The notes below the pieces were generated by a model. That model was given only the letters and a program-made list of their open reading frames with translations, had not been told where the DNA came from and searched no databases. The position numbers were made by a program, and so were the translations under genes. This document shows, one piece after another, positions 36,147-49,174 of a DNA stretch of 64,000 nt (position 1 is its first letter; the number at the start of each line of letters is the position of its first letter). This DNA comes from Entomortierella parvispora E1425 (Eukaryota; Fungi; Mortierellomycota): the NCBI GenBank assembly GCA_020891255.1, contig BQFW01000002.1, positions 2,790,001-2,854,000 of the forward strand. Reading direction: 5' to 3'.

Positions 36147-37590
36147 TTACTTCAGCATAGAGGACGCTCTCTCTGCTGCGATCCTGATGGTATATGTATT
36201 ATCTCGGAAGGCATCCTGAGCGGTAGGTCTTGGGGGGGCGACAGCTTGGCGCCCCAGGGTAAAATGGGAGGGGTCCTTCTCATTGACCTCGATCAACTGA
36301 CCGGAATCCTCGAGTCGAAAGCCCTCAAAAATGGCAAATTGGTTGGGTTGGGGGAGGTGTCGGTCGAGTTGAAAGTACTTGCTGAGAAACTGGTATAACT
36401 TTGGGCTCGGCCGATCGTAGGCAATCTGATTGGGCTTTATCTCTTCGACCTAAAAAGTCAAATAAAGATGCAGGGGATCAATGAGTCAGGGCAGGATAAA
36501 GGGATGAGAGATTCATTGGAATCAATATGCAAAATGGCACACATAGGGCAGGGCGCGGCAGGGCAGGATAGAAGGAAATACCCTTCCCCACGCGACAATA
36601 TTGCATGTCTTATCTGCCTTACCTTGAGCATGTAGTCAAAGAGGAGCTTTCCAAATCCTTGTCGCTGAAAAGACTGGTCGACATAAAAGTCGAGGACGCA
36701 GCAAACATCCTGTTCATGCATCGCTCCATGTTTGTCCTAATCCCCCGAGGATGAAAAAAGAAAATAGGGTGCAGAAGTGTAGGATCAGTAACCACAGCTA
36801 TTTTACCCTCCAATCGTAACAAATCGGCAGAAAACGTAAAATTACCACAATGAACAGCTTTTTTTCGCCAATCTTGAGCATGCCCGCGACATAAACGCCT
36901 TTTTCCTCGCTTCGACTCCTTGTCAAGGTTTTTTCATCAAGCTCCAGGGTCGAAAGAGAGTGCTCCGAGTCGGGTGTGTTGGGTGGCGACTGACGCTGCT
37001 GTTGCTGTTGCTGGTCCTGTCGCTGCTGAAGCCGCCCTTGCGCATGCTTCTGTATCGTCTGTTTTGCAATAACGGATCCAATCTCCAGTTGCTCCAGCCA
37101 TTGATCCTCCCCATTCTCCAGCCCAGTCCTCAGAATGTAAACGCGCTGAGTAGGGTTCTTGGCCAAGCGCAGTCGCTGAGTGATGGAGGTTGGTAACTCT
37201 TGAGCCTATTATCGTATCAGACGCACAAAGAAAAGCAGCAAAAGGTTAGTGTCGAGGATCATGCAAGACACAAAGAGCGAAAAAAAACCACAGAACAGGG
37301 ACACAACATATGAAGGTCTTTCATACTTTGGCAGAAGCTTCGCCCAAGGCATCTACGATCGCGCCTAGTCGTTCCTGATCTGAAAGACCAGCCGAAGACC
37401 CAGAGCTGGACGCTTGCGTGGCCGCAGCAGCAGAGTAGGGCGAGAAGGAGGTGTTAGACAGCCCAATGGACACGGTCGATACATAGGCACGTTGGATCTG
37501 GTGCTGGTGCTCGAGTGCAGCAAAGGTGGCCGCTGGGACCAAGGTGATGGGCAGGGGCAGGATCGGGATCAGGGGAAAGTCAAAGTCCAT
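36147..37590 (-). CDS. ATAT1: Alpha-tubulin N-acetyltransferase (ATAT1/MEC-17), 4 exons
   Basis: IVDALGEASAK|AQELPTSIT, VAGMLKIGEKKLFI, CCVLDFYVDQSFQRQGFGKLLFDYML and QIAYDRPSPKLYQFLSKYF; stop at 36147-36149. Confidence 0.92.
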
Positions 37591-37999
37591 TGGGAATGGT
37601 GTGAATGGATGCTGATGGCAAAGTAGAAAAGACAATGGAGGGCAGATGCGCGTTCACTGCCGAGAATACACCTGGTGATGGTTCAGATAGATTCGCGGCC
37701 GCGGATGCATGAACAATGTGCAGGATGTCAAAAAAGAAAAGCAGGCGGTGGTGGGAAGGGAAAAGAAAGGGAAAGGGGGGAGGGGAGGCAAAGGAAGGAA
37801 GGAGAGGAAGAAGGAAAGAAGATGGAACGGAATGGGAAAGGAGCGACGGGCAGAACAGAGCCGGACGACGAGCTTGCGAGGCGGGAAGTAAGGGGAGGAG
37901 CATTCAATGGTATGCGGCGGAGTTGGCTTTGGCGCGTTGGGCGAAGTGACTTTCTTTCTATTTTTTTTTTTTTTAGTGAAAGGATCTACAGGTCTAGGT

Positions 38000-40900
38000 C
38001 TACTCGGCCATTAAAACTTGAACCACCTTCCCAAGATCACCACCTTCGCGGTCAAAGAGTCCCTCTACCCTTGGGTCACTCCAGCCCCAGGACCTGAGCC
38101 ACGCCAACTTCTTGATTCGGATCTCCTTCTCCTGCACCTTGTACCATCCCTCCTTGACCTGATGTTCCACCACCCGTCTTTGTGCTTCATCGATACGCTT
38201 GACGCCTACAACAAAGCCTCCGCTGATGGGCTTGTGGTCCGAGACCCTACATTCGCAACGCTTGTAGAATAGCTGTCGAACATGTCGACCACGCCAGAGA
38301 ATTCGGTCACACCAAGCTGGTGTGCGATGCTTGGAGGAGGTATCATATGTATCCGTGCCTGGATCGTACTTGTACGTAGGTGCGAATCGGAGCTCACTCT
38401 CATTAAAGACCCGGAGAACAAACTGTGGATTCCTGAGCTTTTGTTGCAAAAGTTGGTCGTGCTGATGCAGATATTCCCAATCCTGAGCCTGGACACGCGA
38501 GACCGCCTCGCTGAACTTGACGTCGATACGGTAGTTGAGATCGCCAGAGAGGAAGCACACCTCATGGTCCATTGCCATTGTTCCATCGCCAAACCAAAAG
38601 ACCTCAGGGTGCACAGTCTCTGACGAGATGACTGGGTTGGGATGGGTGAGCTTTTTGAGCACATTGGCAGCATCAGTGTTGCGCTGTCGGGTATGAGATT
38701 GGCCGGCTGCCAAATGACAGTTGACAAAAGAGATGGACGTGTCGTCAATGATCAAGCGTGTTGCAATTCCACCCTAATGTCGGGAAAATAAAAACTAGCG
38801 TTAGCCTCGTCATTTTGGAGAGTTTCCGTCAGTATCAGCGACATTTTGAGCAGCCCCTCACCTTGTTTCCATGGTAGCCTTTCAGGCCTGTCTTGACCAT
38901 ATCGACATGTGTCCATTCCGAGCGAACGTTGCCCCATTCTTGATCTCGTACAAAGACGCAGCTAAACAGACCGACTAGATTGGAGCATTCGAGAAGCTTA
39001 AAGTTGACTCCCATTGGAGCATAGAGCTCGCGGATCTTGTTGGTCAAGTAAATCTGCCAGCGCTTGTATTGCTTGGAAATAGTCTCGGTTTCCGCACGTT
39101 TGGATCCTTTAAGCAATGATTCTATGGGTGCAGTAATGGGATTAGAAAAGAGTTGGGAGCATGCTACGTCTTTTTCAATAGAATAATATTCGAGAAACTC
39201 ACTGGCAGTCATTTTCTTGCTCTCCAAATCAACAATCTCTTGAAAGCCAACACTGATGATATCGGGAGGTCCTTCCTGGTCCATGCTTGTAAGCCATGAC
39301 TCAAAGAGGCGCCTATCTGATCCGCCACCAACATCCTGTGCTGCGGGCTTAGATGCATCGATATTCCAGGAGCAAATAAGAACTTTGAGATCTCGCCATT
39401 GGCAGTATTCCTTGCTGCGGTCAATCATGCCTTTGGCTATTACGATGAAAAGAGGCGGACAAAAATACCACATTGTCAGCAAAAGAATAGACCCATCAAT
39501 CATTATGTCCATAGGGTTCCATGCAATATCGCAATATCTTACTCAAACGGTCCTTGGCCATGAGTCCGTCCCAGATCTTGATCTCGCCATTCTCGGCACA
39601 ACTTCCGACCTGATGCCGTGATCCAAGGATCAGTCCTTCCTCGTCCAGCTGCAGCATAGCTACGCCAGAGTCCTTGTGGGCCTGCCAGTCTTTCATGACC
39701 ACGGGTATTTCAGGACGGAGATCAAGGACGTAAATCTTTCCTGTTGCGAATCCAGCCCATAGGTACGAACCAACGCCCAGCAACGACATGATCCTGTAGG
39801 CATGTACATTGATTATCCTGATCTTTTCGCGAGTCTCAATCGACCAGATAATGACCTTGCCGTCCTCATGTCCTGAAAAGACCTGACCGCTTCCAGCAAT
39901 AGTGGCAAGGCAGGTCAGAGGACCAATGCCGTAGGGTATATCCATTGTCGAAGGCGGAAGCTTGGGTCGGCCATTATCCGGTCCAACACGAATCACATTG
40001 ATTTTTAGTCCATCCGATGACCAGAGCGTGTCCTGGACAGCAATAGCGCACACTTGCTTTGGTGGAATCGTCAAAGACTGGAGCGGTGACTGGATCGTAG
40101 GTCGACCCAGCATCGTGTCTTCAGCCCAAACAAAGACGGATCCTGTATCATCCACAGTCCAGACTTGACCCTTGCACCGAATAATATGAGAGATACATCC
40201 TCCTTTGTGAGTAGCACGCTTCTTCTCCACGACCTCCCTCGTCCGTGTATCGATGACCTGGAGAGAACCTTCGCTCCATCCTGCCCAAAGGTACTGTCCG
40301 AGCGCTTCTGGTCTTCGACTTTGGGTAAAGAGCAAGGCTGTGGGCTTCATATCCTTCTCATGACCATACGAAGATACGTTCTCGCCCGTAAAAAGAGAGT
40401 AGACTCGAATGTTGGATGTGGCAGTGGCAACCTGCTCGTTGGAAATTGTAAATGTGCGAACTCCGTGCGATTTTTGTCCAATGTCATGAATGCCAATGAC
40501 GTCCGAAAACAAAGGAAGTCGTCTGTTGGAGCGTGAATAATCAGGGAACACGCCATCGGAGGGTGAGGGTCCAGAACCTCCCACTGGCTGTGTCGAATGA
40601 TGGTCAGCATCCATTGCCCCAGCTTGCCCGAGTGATAAGAGCGATACTGGATCCTGGTGTGGCTGGGGTCGTCTTCGGACCGATGGCTTTGGAGGCAGCG
40701 CAGGTGCAACATCCTGATCCGACAAAGATCCGCCCATGGGTCGAACCGGTGTTGATTGAGGAGGAGGCCTTCTGGATGGCAGGGAAGGTGGTGTTGGAGA
40801 GGGCGGGTCCATAAATGTCCTTGCTCTTGTTGGCATAGGCCTAGGGGAGGCATCCACAAAGTTGACAAAGGGGTTCGAAGCAATGGAGGGGTGGAACTCT

Positions 40901-42375
40901 TCGACTTCGTCGTAGTCTTTATCGGAATCGTCGCTCGTCTCGTCCGAGTCGGATTGAGAGTCACTCAACTCCATCTGCGCGAATCCTCGCTCGGTTCCGG
41001 GGCTCGTGGCTGCAGCAAAAGGGGCTGAAGATGCAGAGGTGGAAAAGATGCGCTTCGGGGTATTATGGGGGGAGAGATTATCGTAAGATTGTTGTGGCGC
41101 GGTCAAGTTTCGGAAACGTGTCGAGTTGGCGGCCATCCCCGATTCGCCTGGAGAGGGAAAGAGTGGAGAAGGTCCTCGGGGCTGTTGTTGAGGGGTGGTG
41201 GGCAGAGAAAGTTGGACGCTGGACCGGCGCGGAGGAGGAGGCACGGGCTGTGAGGGCGAAGCAAAGGCGAGACTCTGGGGTGGGGTTGGAGGTACCATGG
41301 AGTGTCGCTGCTGACGCGGGGTCGAAGGCGTTTGTGACGCCAGCGTGGGTGCGGGCATTCCTGACAGAGGAGACCTGGACCGTTGAGGCAAGGCTGGAGC
41401 TGTGCTGGGCGGAGGCAGTGGAGGCGGAGGAGAAGTAGCAGCATTAGCACGCGGACTAGTGGAGAAAGCGCCGACAGAGGCAGAAGGGACAGGTGCCTGA
41501 AGCGCAGGCGAGGCAGGCGCCGCCTGGAGCCGTGCGGTGAGGAGCGAAGATTGATTATGGGCTCTTGGGGGATACGGCGGCGAGGAGGCGGCAATGGCGA
41601 CAGGTGGCGAGGGCGTAGGTTGCGAGGCGATATTGCTCGGATCGCTGAAGGGATTGAGCGCCGGTTCCTGGTCCTGGTGGGTGAGTGAGTCCTGGTCTGC
41701 ATGCTGCACAGGGTTGCTTATGTGATGTTGTTGCTGCTGTTGCATGAGAAGCTGCTGCTTGGCGGCAATCGAGGACGAGGCGGCTGCAGGCGTGAACGTC
41801 GCAGAGCCGGATGGGCGCAGGTGAGAGGGAGAGATTGGAATGGTCTGGCTCCGGAGGTGTGGATGCAGCTGGGCGACTGCAGGCGATGATGAAGTGCTTG
41901 CGTTGGGAGATACAGCGCCTTGGCCTGGTGGTCCCAGTCCTTCGCTATGGGATGGCGGGAACGTTGAAAAGCTGGTCGAGGCAGGGGATGTTGCGGACGA
42001 GGAAGGAGCCGATGAATGTCCGTTATGGCTGTAGGTGGATGCAAAGGCAGGTCTGGGTGCGGGGACAGGTGCTGGTGACGAAGAGGACGCGAAGGAGTTG
42101 ACAGCAGTGGCAGCAATGGCAGCAGCAGCAAGACTGACGGGCTTGCGCGGGGGCACTGGTGATGCCAGCGAGCTTGGCTTGGGGGGAGGCGACGGTGCTG
42201 GAGCACGACCGCCAATGGGAGGAGGAGGGACTAGAGGGACATTATGAACAGGCACTGGCAGTGAAGGTGTGGAAGAAGGCAGGATCACCGTCGAGCGTCG
42301 TGATGGAGGAGGAGGGGGCTTGCTGATGATGGATGAGCTGTTGCTGCTGCTATTGCTGCTGTTGTTGGAGTCCAT
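38000..42375 (-). CDS. Inositol polyphosphate 5-phosphatase with a Pro-rich N-terminus and a WD40-like propeller
   Basis: Catalytic motifs SWNIDASKP, VGFQEIVDL, GNKGGIATR, FVNCHLAAG, FLSGDLNYRI, PTYKYD and RTPAWCDRILW. WD-like segment WTVDDTGSVFVW...FSGHEDGKVIIW. Confidence 0.92.
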
Positions 42376-42429
42376 GAAGGGCGATTAGGTTAAGGACGGG
42401 AAGGGGAAGGAGGGATGCAGCAGACAGAA

Positions 42430-43034
42430 TCAAATTGAGCGCAGATGGGGTCGATGGAGGGATGGAGGGAAGTCAATAATGGAAGGAATGTGATTGGGCT
42501 GGATGAGGTGGAGATGGATGGTGATGGAACAGGAAGAGAGATGGATGCAGACAAAGAAAAGAGATGGATGGATGGAAGGAAAGGATCGAATGGATGGATG
42601 GATGGAAGAGGACCTCTGCTGCTTTATTTGATTGATGAGAGGGAAGGAAGGAAGAAAGAAAAGAAAAGAAAAAGAAAAGAGCGCGTGCATGAATGACATT
42701 GATTGAAGGAAGGTGGCTGCGAACATGTATTCATTGGCGCACACAAGATGCACACACACACACACACACACACAGACACATGCACACCCATGCACACACA
42801 CACATGCACATGCACATACACCCATGCACACAACAACACAGGGACAGACAGACAGACACACACACACCCCCATGCATGCACACTCACATTCACAAAGAAA
42901 TAAAAAAAAAAAAGGAAGTGGCCACACACTCGCACACAAATGCACACACACACAGACAGACAGAATACACACTCACAGACTCACACACCCCTTCTTCTTC
43001 CTCCTTTCCTCCTTCTCTTGTCCTGACCCTGCCC

Positions 43035-43065
<31 letters not shown>

Positions 43066-43320
43066 GCCTGGTTCATTCGTTCGTTCGTTCCTCTCTCTTT
43101 GTTCACTCCCTCGCACTCCACTCTCGATTTAGATAGACCTTGCATCCTCTCTCTTTTCTCTTTCTTTTGTTTCTTAGTTTGCTTGTGCCTTTCCCTTTCC
43201 TCCCTTCCCTTCCCTTTCCCTTGCTTTGCTTTGCTTCCTTTGCCTTGCACCTTCCCTTCCCTTCCCATCCTCTCATCCTCTCTCTTCTCTCATTCTCTTT
43301 TCTCTCTTTTCTCTCTTCTC
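42430..43320. repeat. Microsatellite/low-complexity cluster ((GATG)n, (CA)n, (GACA)n, (TCTG)n, (TTCG)n) in a divergent intergenic region
   Basis: Seen directly, for example (CA)n at about 42751-42773 and (TCTG)n at about 43035-43064. Confidence 0.9.
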
Positions 43321-43329
43321 TCAATCAGG

Positions 43330-46300
43330 ATGGAGGCCGCTTCGTCCTCCTCCAGGCACGCCTCGTCGTCCTTTTATGTGTCCACTTCCTCTTCTTCCTC
43401 TTCTTCCTCTTCCTCACGGACACCTCTCTCTTTTGACCAAGACTTGAATCCATCATCCCCATCCCCATCCTCTTCCTCTTCCTCTTCACCCACATACCCA
43501 TCTCCTGCTCCATCGCCCAGACCCGGTCTCCGCCTTTCTCTCAATATCACCTCGCACTCGTCTTCCTCTGTATCCTCGGTCGTCTCTTCTCCCCGATCCT
43601 TTCCCCCCGCCCACACTCTTGTTCCCACCCGTCCCCGCTCGCCAAACACGTCCCACTCTTCGTCGTCGTCTTCGTACTTTAGCAAAGCCCCCTCGAACAG
43701 TAGTCGGAGCAACTCCACGTCCTCTTCGTCGTCCACCCCCGGTCGTCGTGTCTCCAGAGACCTAATGGACCACGACCAGACCGCGTGCTGTCCCCACTGC
43801 CTTGCTCCGTCAATGTCATCCTTGCCGCTGCAACGGCCAGGCTCTATGGTCTCGACCGGTCTAGTCTCCTCCTTCGCACTGCCCTCCCCAGAAGATACCA
43901 TCGGCACTGCAGATGGACTGGACTGGTCCCGTCCCCTTTCTCACTCACCACGCTCCACCGCTATCAGTAAGACCATCACCGACGGCAAGTCATCATCACC
44001 CAGAGCAGCCCCAGGTTCAGTAATAGCATCACAAGAAACGGTCGCCTTTCTCCTCCAAGCCTTCCAGACACTGGATCCATCGACGCAGCTGAATCTCCTG
44101 AGTGAACTGGTCAACAACCACTGCAGCACCCCCCAGCTCACGTTTCTCTCCAATGTGATTGCACCCAAACTCAAACGGGATTTTCTCAAGGACCTGCCGT
44201 TGGAACTGGCCCACCTCATCCTATCGTTCGTGGACGATCCAAGATCGCTCGCCCGGGTCGGTCAAGTCTCCCGATTCTGGCATCAGTTGGTAGAAACAGA
44301 GGACTGGGTCTGGCGGACACAATGCATTCGAATGTTTGGACCCACGTCGTGCTCGTCGTTGCCTAGCCCCAAGGCCCATTTGGCCCCGCCTCGATCCTAT
44401 CTCTATACAACCAGTCCAACCTCTTTGGATGTGGTCTCCAACACGCTCAAAGCCCTCTCGCGCCGATCCTCGTCTAATAATGCCTCCTCCATCGGCTCCT
44501 CGGCGTCCAACTCTGCAAGCTCCAGTAATGCTTCTTCAACAACAACTTCACCGGCTTGGCGGGCTGCAAAAGAGCTTCCTATTTTGAACGGATCAAGTCG
44601 ACCGGCATCAACAGCATCAACATCAATAGCGACAACTTCAACAGCAGCAACTTTGGGAACGACAATAACCACCACCACGCTGACAACAACCACAGCAGGA
44701 AGGGTGACCGGACCAGGTGCAGGTGGTGCAGGTGTAGCTGTGGCACCAACCTTGTCGAGCTCAAACGCTTCGACCACAACTGTCCTGTCATCCATGTTGC
44801 TTGCAAATCAGGGCTCTCTTGTCTCTCCGTCCTCCTCTGCTCACCCTCTCCCTCCTCCTCAGCCGTCTCGAGGCGTGGTCGCTGCTTCTGGAGCTGGCAT
44901 GGGAATCGGACTCGGGGCAGCAGGATCGGGCTCAGGTGTCGGATTATCTTTTGGCACCATGCCCCTGACCAGCACATTATCAACAACACGCTCGAACAAG
45001 AGACTCTCTAAACATGTGGAATGGTCAGAGTCCTCTGCAAGTGCAGGCAGTAGCAATGGTCCCAGCAGTAGTCATAGCCACAGCGAGACCGTTGGAGCGG
45101 ATATGTTAGTCGAGGCGAACGAGCAAGAAGCACGCTTATTTAGAGGAGAACGGGATCAATTTGGACGAGCAGGAGGGCAAATGGACGGATTAGCGCTAGC
45201 ACTTTCCCCAACACGAACAAACACAACAAAATCACCCGGATCAGGGGTTTCATCGTCCTCCAGTCAACTCGGCGAGCGTGCACGGTCAACAGCGACGGCA
45301 TCAGCTGCAACCTCAGAGAATCGGGCCATGGCGTCAAATGCGCCGCCCACGTCTGGAGGATTGCCAACAACTCCACCACTATCAAACTCTGCAATTGCTC
45401 AATCGCTCTTGTCGCTGTCTACGGCCGGTTCTGCCCTTTTAGCATCCGCCTCCACAACCCCTTTATCCTCGTCATCGTCTCCCGTATCGGCTGAACCTCC
45501 GACATCGTTACAGATTCAAACAGCCTCGGCGACTTCGACCTACAAAGCTTATTTCAAGAGGCGATTTATGATTGACCGGAATTGGATCTCGGGCGACCAC
45601 AGTCTGATCTCGTATACGACCCCAGAATCTGGGGTGGTGACCTCCCTTCAGTTTGACCACCACCATATCGTGGTTGGATGCGACAATTCAAGGATCCAAA
45701 TCTTTGAGACAACAACGGGTCGATTGGTGAGGACGTTGCAGGGACATCTGGGTGGTGTGTGGGCATTGGAATTTATGAAGGGAGTTGTGGACGTGAATGC
45801 ACCCTATCCCTCCTGTGGCCCTGGAGACAAGATTCTGGTGTCTGGTGGATGCGACCGGTAAGTTTCTTTTTCCTTATTTTTGTTCCAAGTTTGCACGAGC
45901 TGCGTCCTTTTTCCCTTTTCTTTTTTTTTTGTTCCCAATGATGTCAGCGGTTACCATTGTTGAACTAAAATTTACCCCATCTCTTTTATTTGCCTTCTTT
46001 TCTCAGAGAGGTTCGCGTTTGGGATATGAACACGGGCGTCTGTCGTCAAGTCATGTCGGGTCACACGGGCACGATCCGTTGTCTAAAGCTCCACAAGTTG
46101 GATCGCGCCACCGCCATGTCGTCATTTGGCTCCTCTTCCACTCACGCTCAGACGAACAGCATGGGAACTCAGTACTTGGCCATCACAGGATCAAGAGATG
46201 CGACCCTTCGAGTCTGGGATATCCAAACAGGCCAATTGAAGCACTTGCTTCAAGGCCATCGCAGTCCCGTACGTTGTATCGAGATCCATGGTGACTTGCT

Positions 46301-47126
46301 GGCCTCGGGATCGTATGATTGCACGGCGCGTGTCTGGAACCTGGTGACGGGCGAGTGTCTCTTGGTCCTGAAGGGTCATTTCCAGCAGATTTACTCGATC
46401 GCCTTTAATGAAGAATACATCATCACAGGATCTTTGGACTCGACTTGTCGACTCTGGTCTCCCCTCACAGGCGCCTGTCTTGCGACGCTTCAAGGACATA
46501 CACAATTGGTCGGACAGCTGCAACTCTCGGGCAACGCGTTGATGACGGGCGGTGGCGATGGATTCATGTATCTTTGGGACCTCAAGACGTTTGAATGTCA
46601 GTACCGAGTCCAGGCCCATGATTTGTCCGTGACCAGTCTTTGTTTTGATTCCAAGAGGATTATCACGGGTGGAAACGATGGTGCAGTCAAGCTGTGGGAT
46701 CGACCGACAGGAAAATTCATTCGACTGTTGACAAAGACCGACGCCGTGATCTGGAGGGTGGCGATCTGTGAGGAACGAATCGTGATCTGTATGAAGAAAA
46801 ATGGTCGCACGGCCATGGAAGTCATGTGCTTTGACTCGGAGGCACCTCTTTTGAACTCGCCTGATTCCTCCTCTTCGACCTTGTCCTTATCCATGTCCTC
46901 GGCTGGATTTGGTGCGGGTGGGGGAACAGTGGTAGTGTCGTCGTCGTCGTCGTCGTCATCTACTTCTTCAACGCCGTCCATGTATTCTTCTGCGACCTCG
47001 TCCATTCACCAAAATCTGCCGCTTCCACCACCATTGCTGCCTTCGCAGGACGACCTCACGGACCCGCTGCCACAGTGGACATTGGACTCGGAAGGCGTTT
47101 CGGCTTTTGACCGTTTAGAGATATAA
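43330..47126 (+). CDS. F-box/WD40 protein (Cdc4/Fbw7/SEL-10-like SCF substrate receptor), 2 exons
   Basis: F-box DFLKDLPLELAHLILSFVDDPRSLARVGQVSRFW; WD40 repeats GHLGGVW, GHTGTIRCL, GSRDATLRVW, GHRSPVRC and GSYDCTARVW. Intron 45858-46006. Confidence 0.92.
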
Positions 47127-47185
47127 ACTCCTCGACTTCACAATCGGCTTTATCAAGGATTTTATATTTTTTTCTAGTCCAACGT

Positions 47186-48675
47186 TCATGTAAATATCCA
47201 AATGATCAAGTAATAAACCAAAAAGAACAAAAAGAAGTGAATGCTCCAGAACTGGATACTGCCGGAAACGTGTTTTAGGCTTCCCATCATAGCCCAGGAA
47301 TAGGATAACTCATTGAGTTTTCTATGCGCCACATCGCTTCCTTTCTCTGCAGCCATTAAATACCACTCCTTTGCCTTTTGGTTGTCTTGGACGACACCAA
47401 GCCCTCTCTGGTACATCTCACCTATGCTGGCCAGTGCTGCACTATCTTCTTGGTCTGCAGCTTTCAAAAGCCACTGCATGGCCTTCTCATAGTCTTTAGG
47501 AGCGCCCTCGCCATTGAGGTACATTAAGCCTATGCTGCGTTGGGCGTGACTGTGTCCGTGATTGGCGGCTTTCAAATACCACTCCATAGCCTTCTGGTAG
47601 TCTTGAGGAATACCATTGCCCCTGTAATACAGATTGCCAACACCGAACTGGGCATATACGTTTCCTTGATCGGCAGCTTTCAAAAACCACTCCATAGCTT
47701 TCTGACCGTCTCGGGGAACGCCATTGCCATTGTTGTAGAAACAGCCAATGCTGCATTGGGCATTGCTGTCCCCTTTCTCTGCGCCCTTCAAGAACCACTC
47801 CATAGCCCTCTGATAATCTTGAGGAGTACCGTCGCCCTTATAGTACATATTGCCAATATTGAAATGGGCACTAGCGCTCCCTCGATCTGCGGCCTTCAGA
47901 AACCACTCCATAGCTTGCTGATAGTCCTGGGGAATCCCTTTGCCACTGAGGTAGAGTACGCCAATGTTGAACTGGGCATTGGTGTTCCCCTGATCCGCGG
48001 CCTTCAGAAACCACTCCATAGCTTTCTGGCGGTCCTGGGGAACACCTTTGCCGCTAAAGTAGAGTTCGCCAATCTTGAACTGGGCATTGACTTCTTCCCT
48101 CTCCGCAGCCTTCAGAAGCCACTCCATCGCTTTCTGATAGTCCTGAGGAACGCCTTTGCCATCGAGGTAGAGCTTGCCAAGGTTGAACTGAGCATCGAGT
48201 ACTCCCTGCTCCGCGGCCTTCAGAAACCACTCGAGGGCGCAATCGTAGCTCTGCGCCACGCCTTTGCCCTCGCGGTACAACACGCCAAGGCTGTTTTGAG
48301 CGGCAGCACTTCCTTGACCGGCAGCCTTCAAAAACCATTCAAAGGCGTCAGCGTACTGTTGCTCGGCACGGTTATTTCCGAGGAGGCGAGTCCTGGTCGG
48401 CGTGATTGAATTTCCTTCGATAATATCGTTCAAGCTGGAGATCGGATTTCATGATGGGGACCATGGGTTATTAGAAAGGCGTAGAGACTAACTGGGGAAA
48501 AAGAAAGGAGAGTAGGAGAGGGAGGCGCAGCTTGAGTTTTTGTGGCCAGTGTCGTTTACCTGAATCCATCATCCTCGTTAGTCAAGTCGCTATAAACAGG
48601 TGGACTCTTCTCGTTCACAGCACTGAAGTTGATCGTTTGGACTCTGTCCGGAATGAAGGCAGGGCGATTAGGCAT
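47186..48675 (-). CDS. Sel1-like repeat (SLR) protein, 9 complete plus 1 partial 36-aa repeat, with a C-terminal hydrophobic tail anchor; 2 exons
   Basis: Repeats AQFNxGxxYxxGxGVPQDYQKAMEWFLKAA. Exon 1 48675-48560 (MPNRPAFIPDRVQTIN...PPVY), intron 48435-48559. Ends IQFWSIHFFLFFLVYYLIIWIFT*. Confidence 0.9.
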
Positions 48676-49174
48676 GGCTTTGTTTCCAACGGAAAAGAGT
48701 CCAGCAGCGGTATATGTCTTTTGTGGAGAGATGGAGACAAGGAGTGGGAAGACTGCGAACGAGAACAGAATAATGATTGCGGCTTCGCCAAACAGTCCTG
48801 GGGTTCCACAAAGTAAATTTCAAGGGACCTGCCCGCCCGCAAGCAAACGAGGCACAGCCCGATTAGAGGGTGATGACATGGGTGGGGTGGATATCAACGT
48901 TGTAATAGCGGCAGTATCCATCATTTGGAAAACAAACGCTGCTAAGACGTGGTGGACTATTCGAACTAGAATGCTGTAGGATGGCTCAACACCTAGCGAA
49001 ATGTCTTTTGAAGCTCATCATATTTCACAGGTTTGCTTTTCAAAGTATGGAAAGTCTGATCCATTGTCAGAGCACCGTCCTTGTGAACTCGATTCAGTTT
49101 GGCGCGCGTTTTATATCTACGTCTTGAGCCATGATTCCCAAAACTCGGCTAGTTGACAGCACAGAGAAAAGTCT

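Noticed and set aside
6706-42375. Apparent enrichment of lipid-related genes (YhhN, hydrolase, esterases, CHO2, 5-phosphatase) as a metabolic cluster
   Set aside because: They are interspersed with unrelated housekeeping genes and form no coherent pathway; chance is sufficient.
42430-43268. Several Cys/Val- or His/Thr-rich ORFs
   Set aside because: They are translations of CA/GT and GACA microsatellites.
47540-48409. 289-aa plus-strand repetitive ORF
   Set aside because: Antisense shadow of the Sel1 repeats; the 108-bp periodicity is coding repeat, not a CRISPR array.
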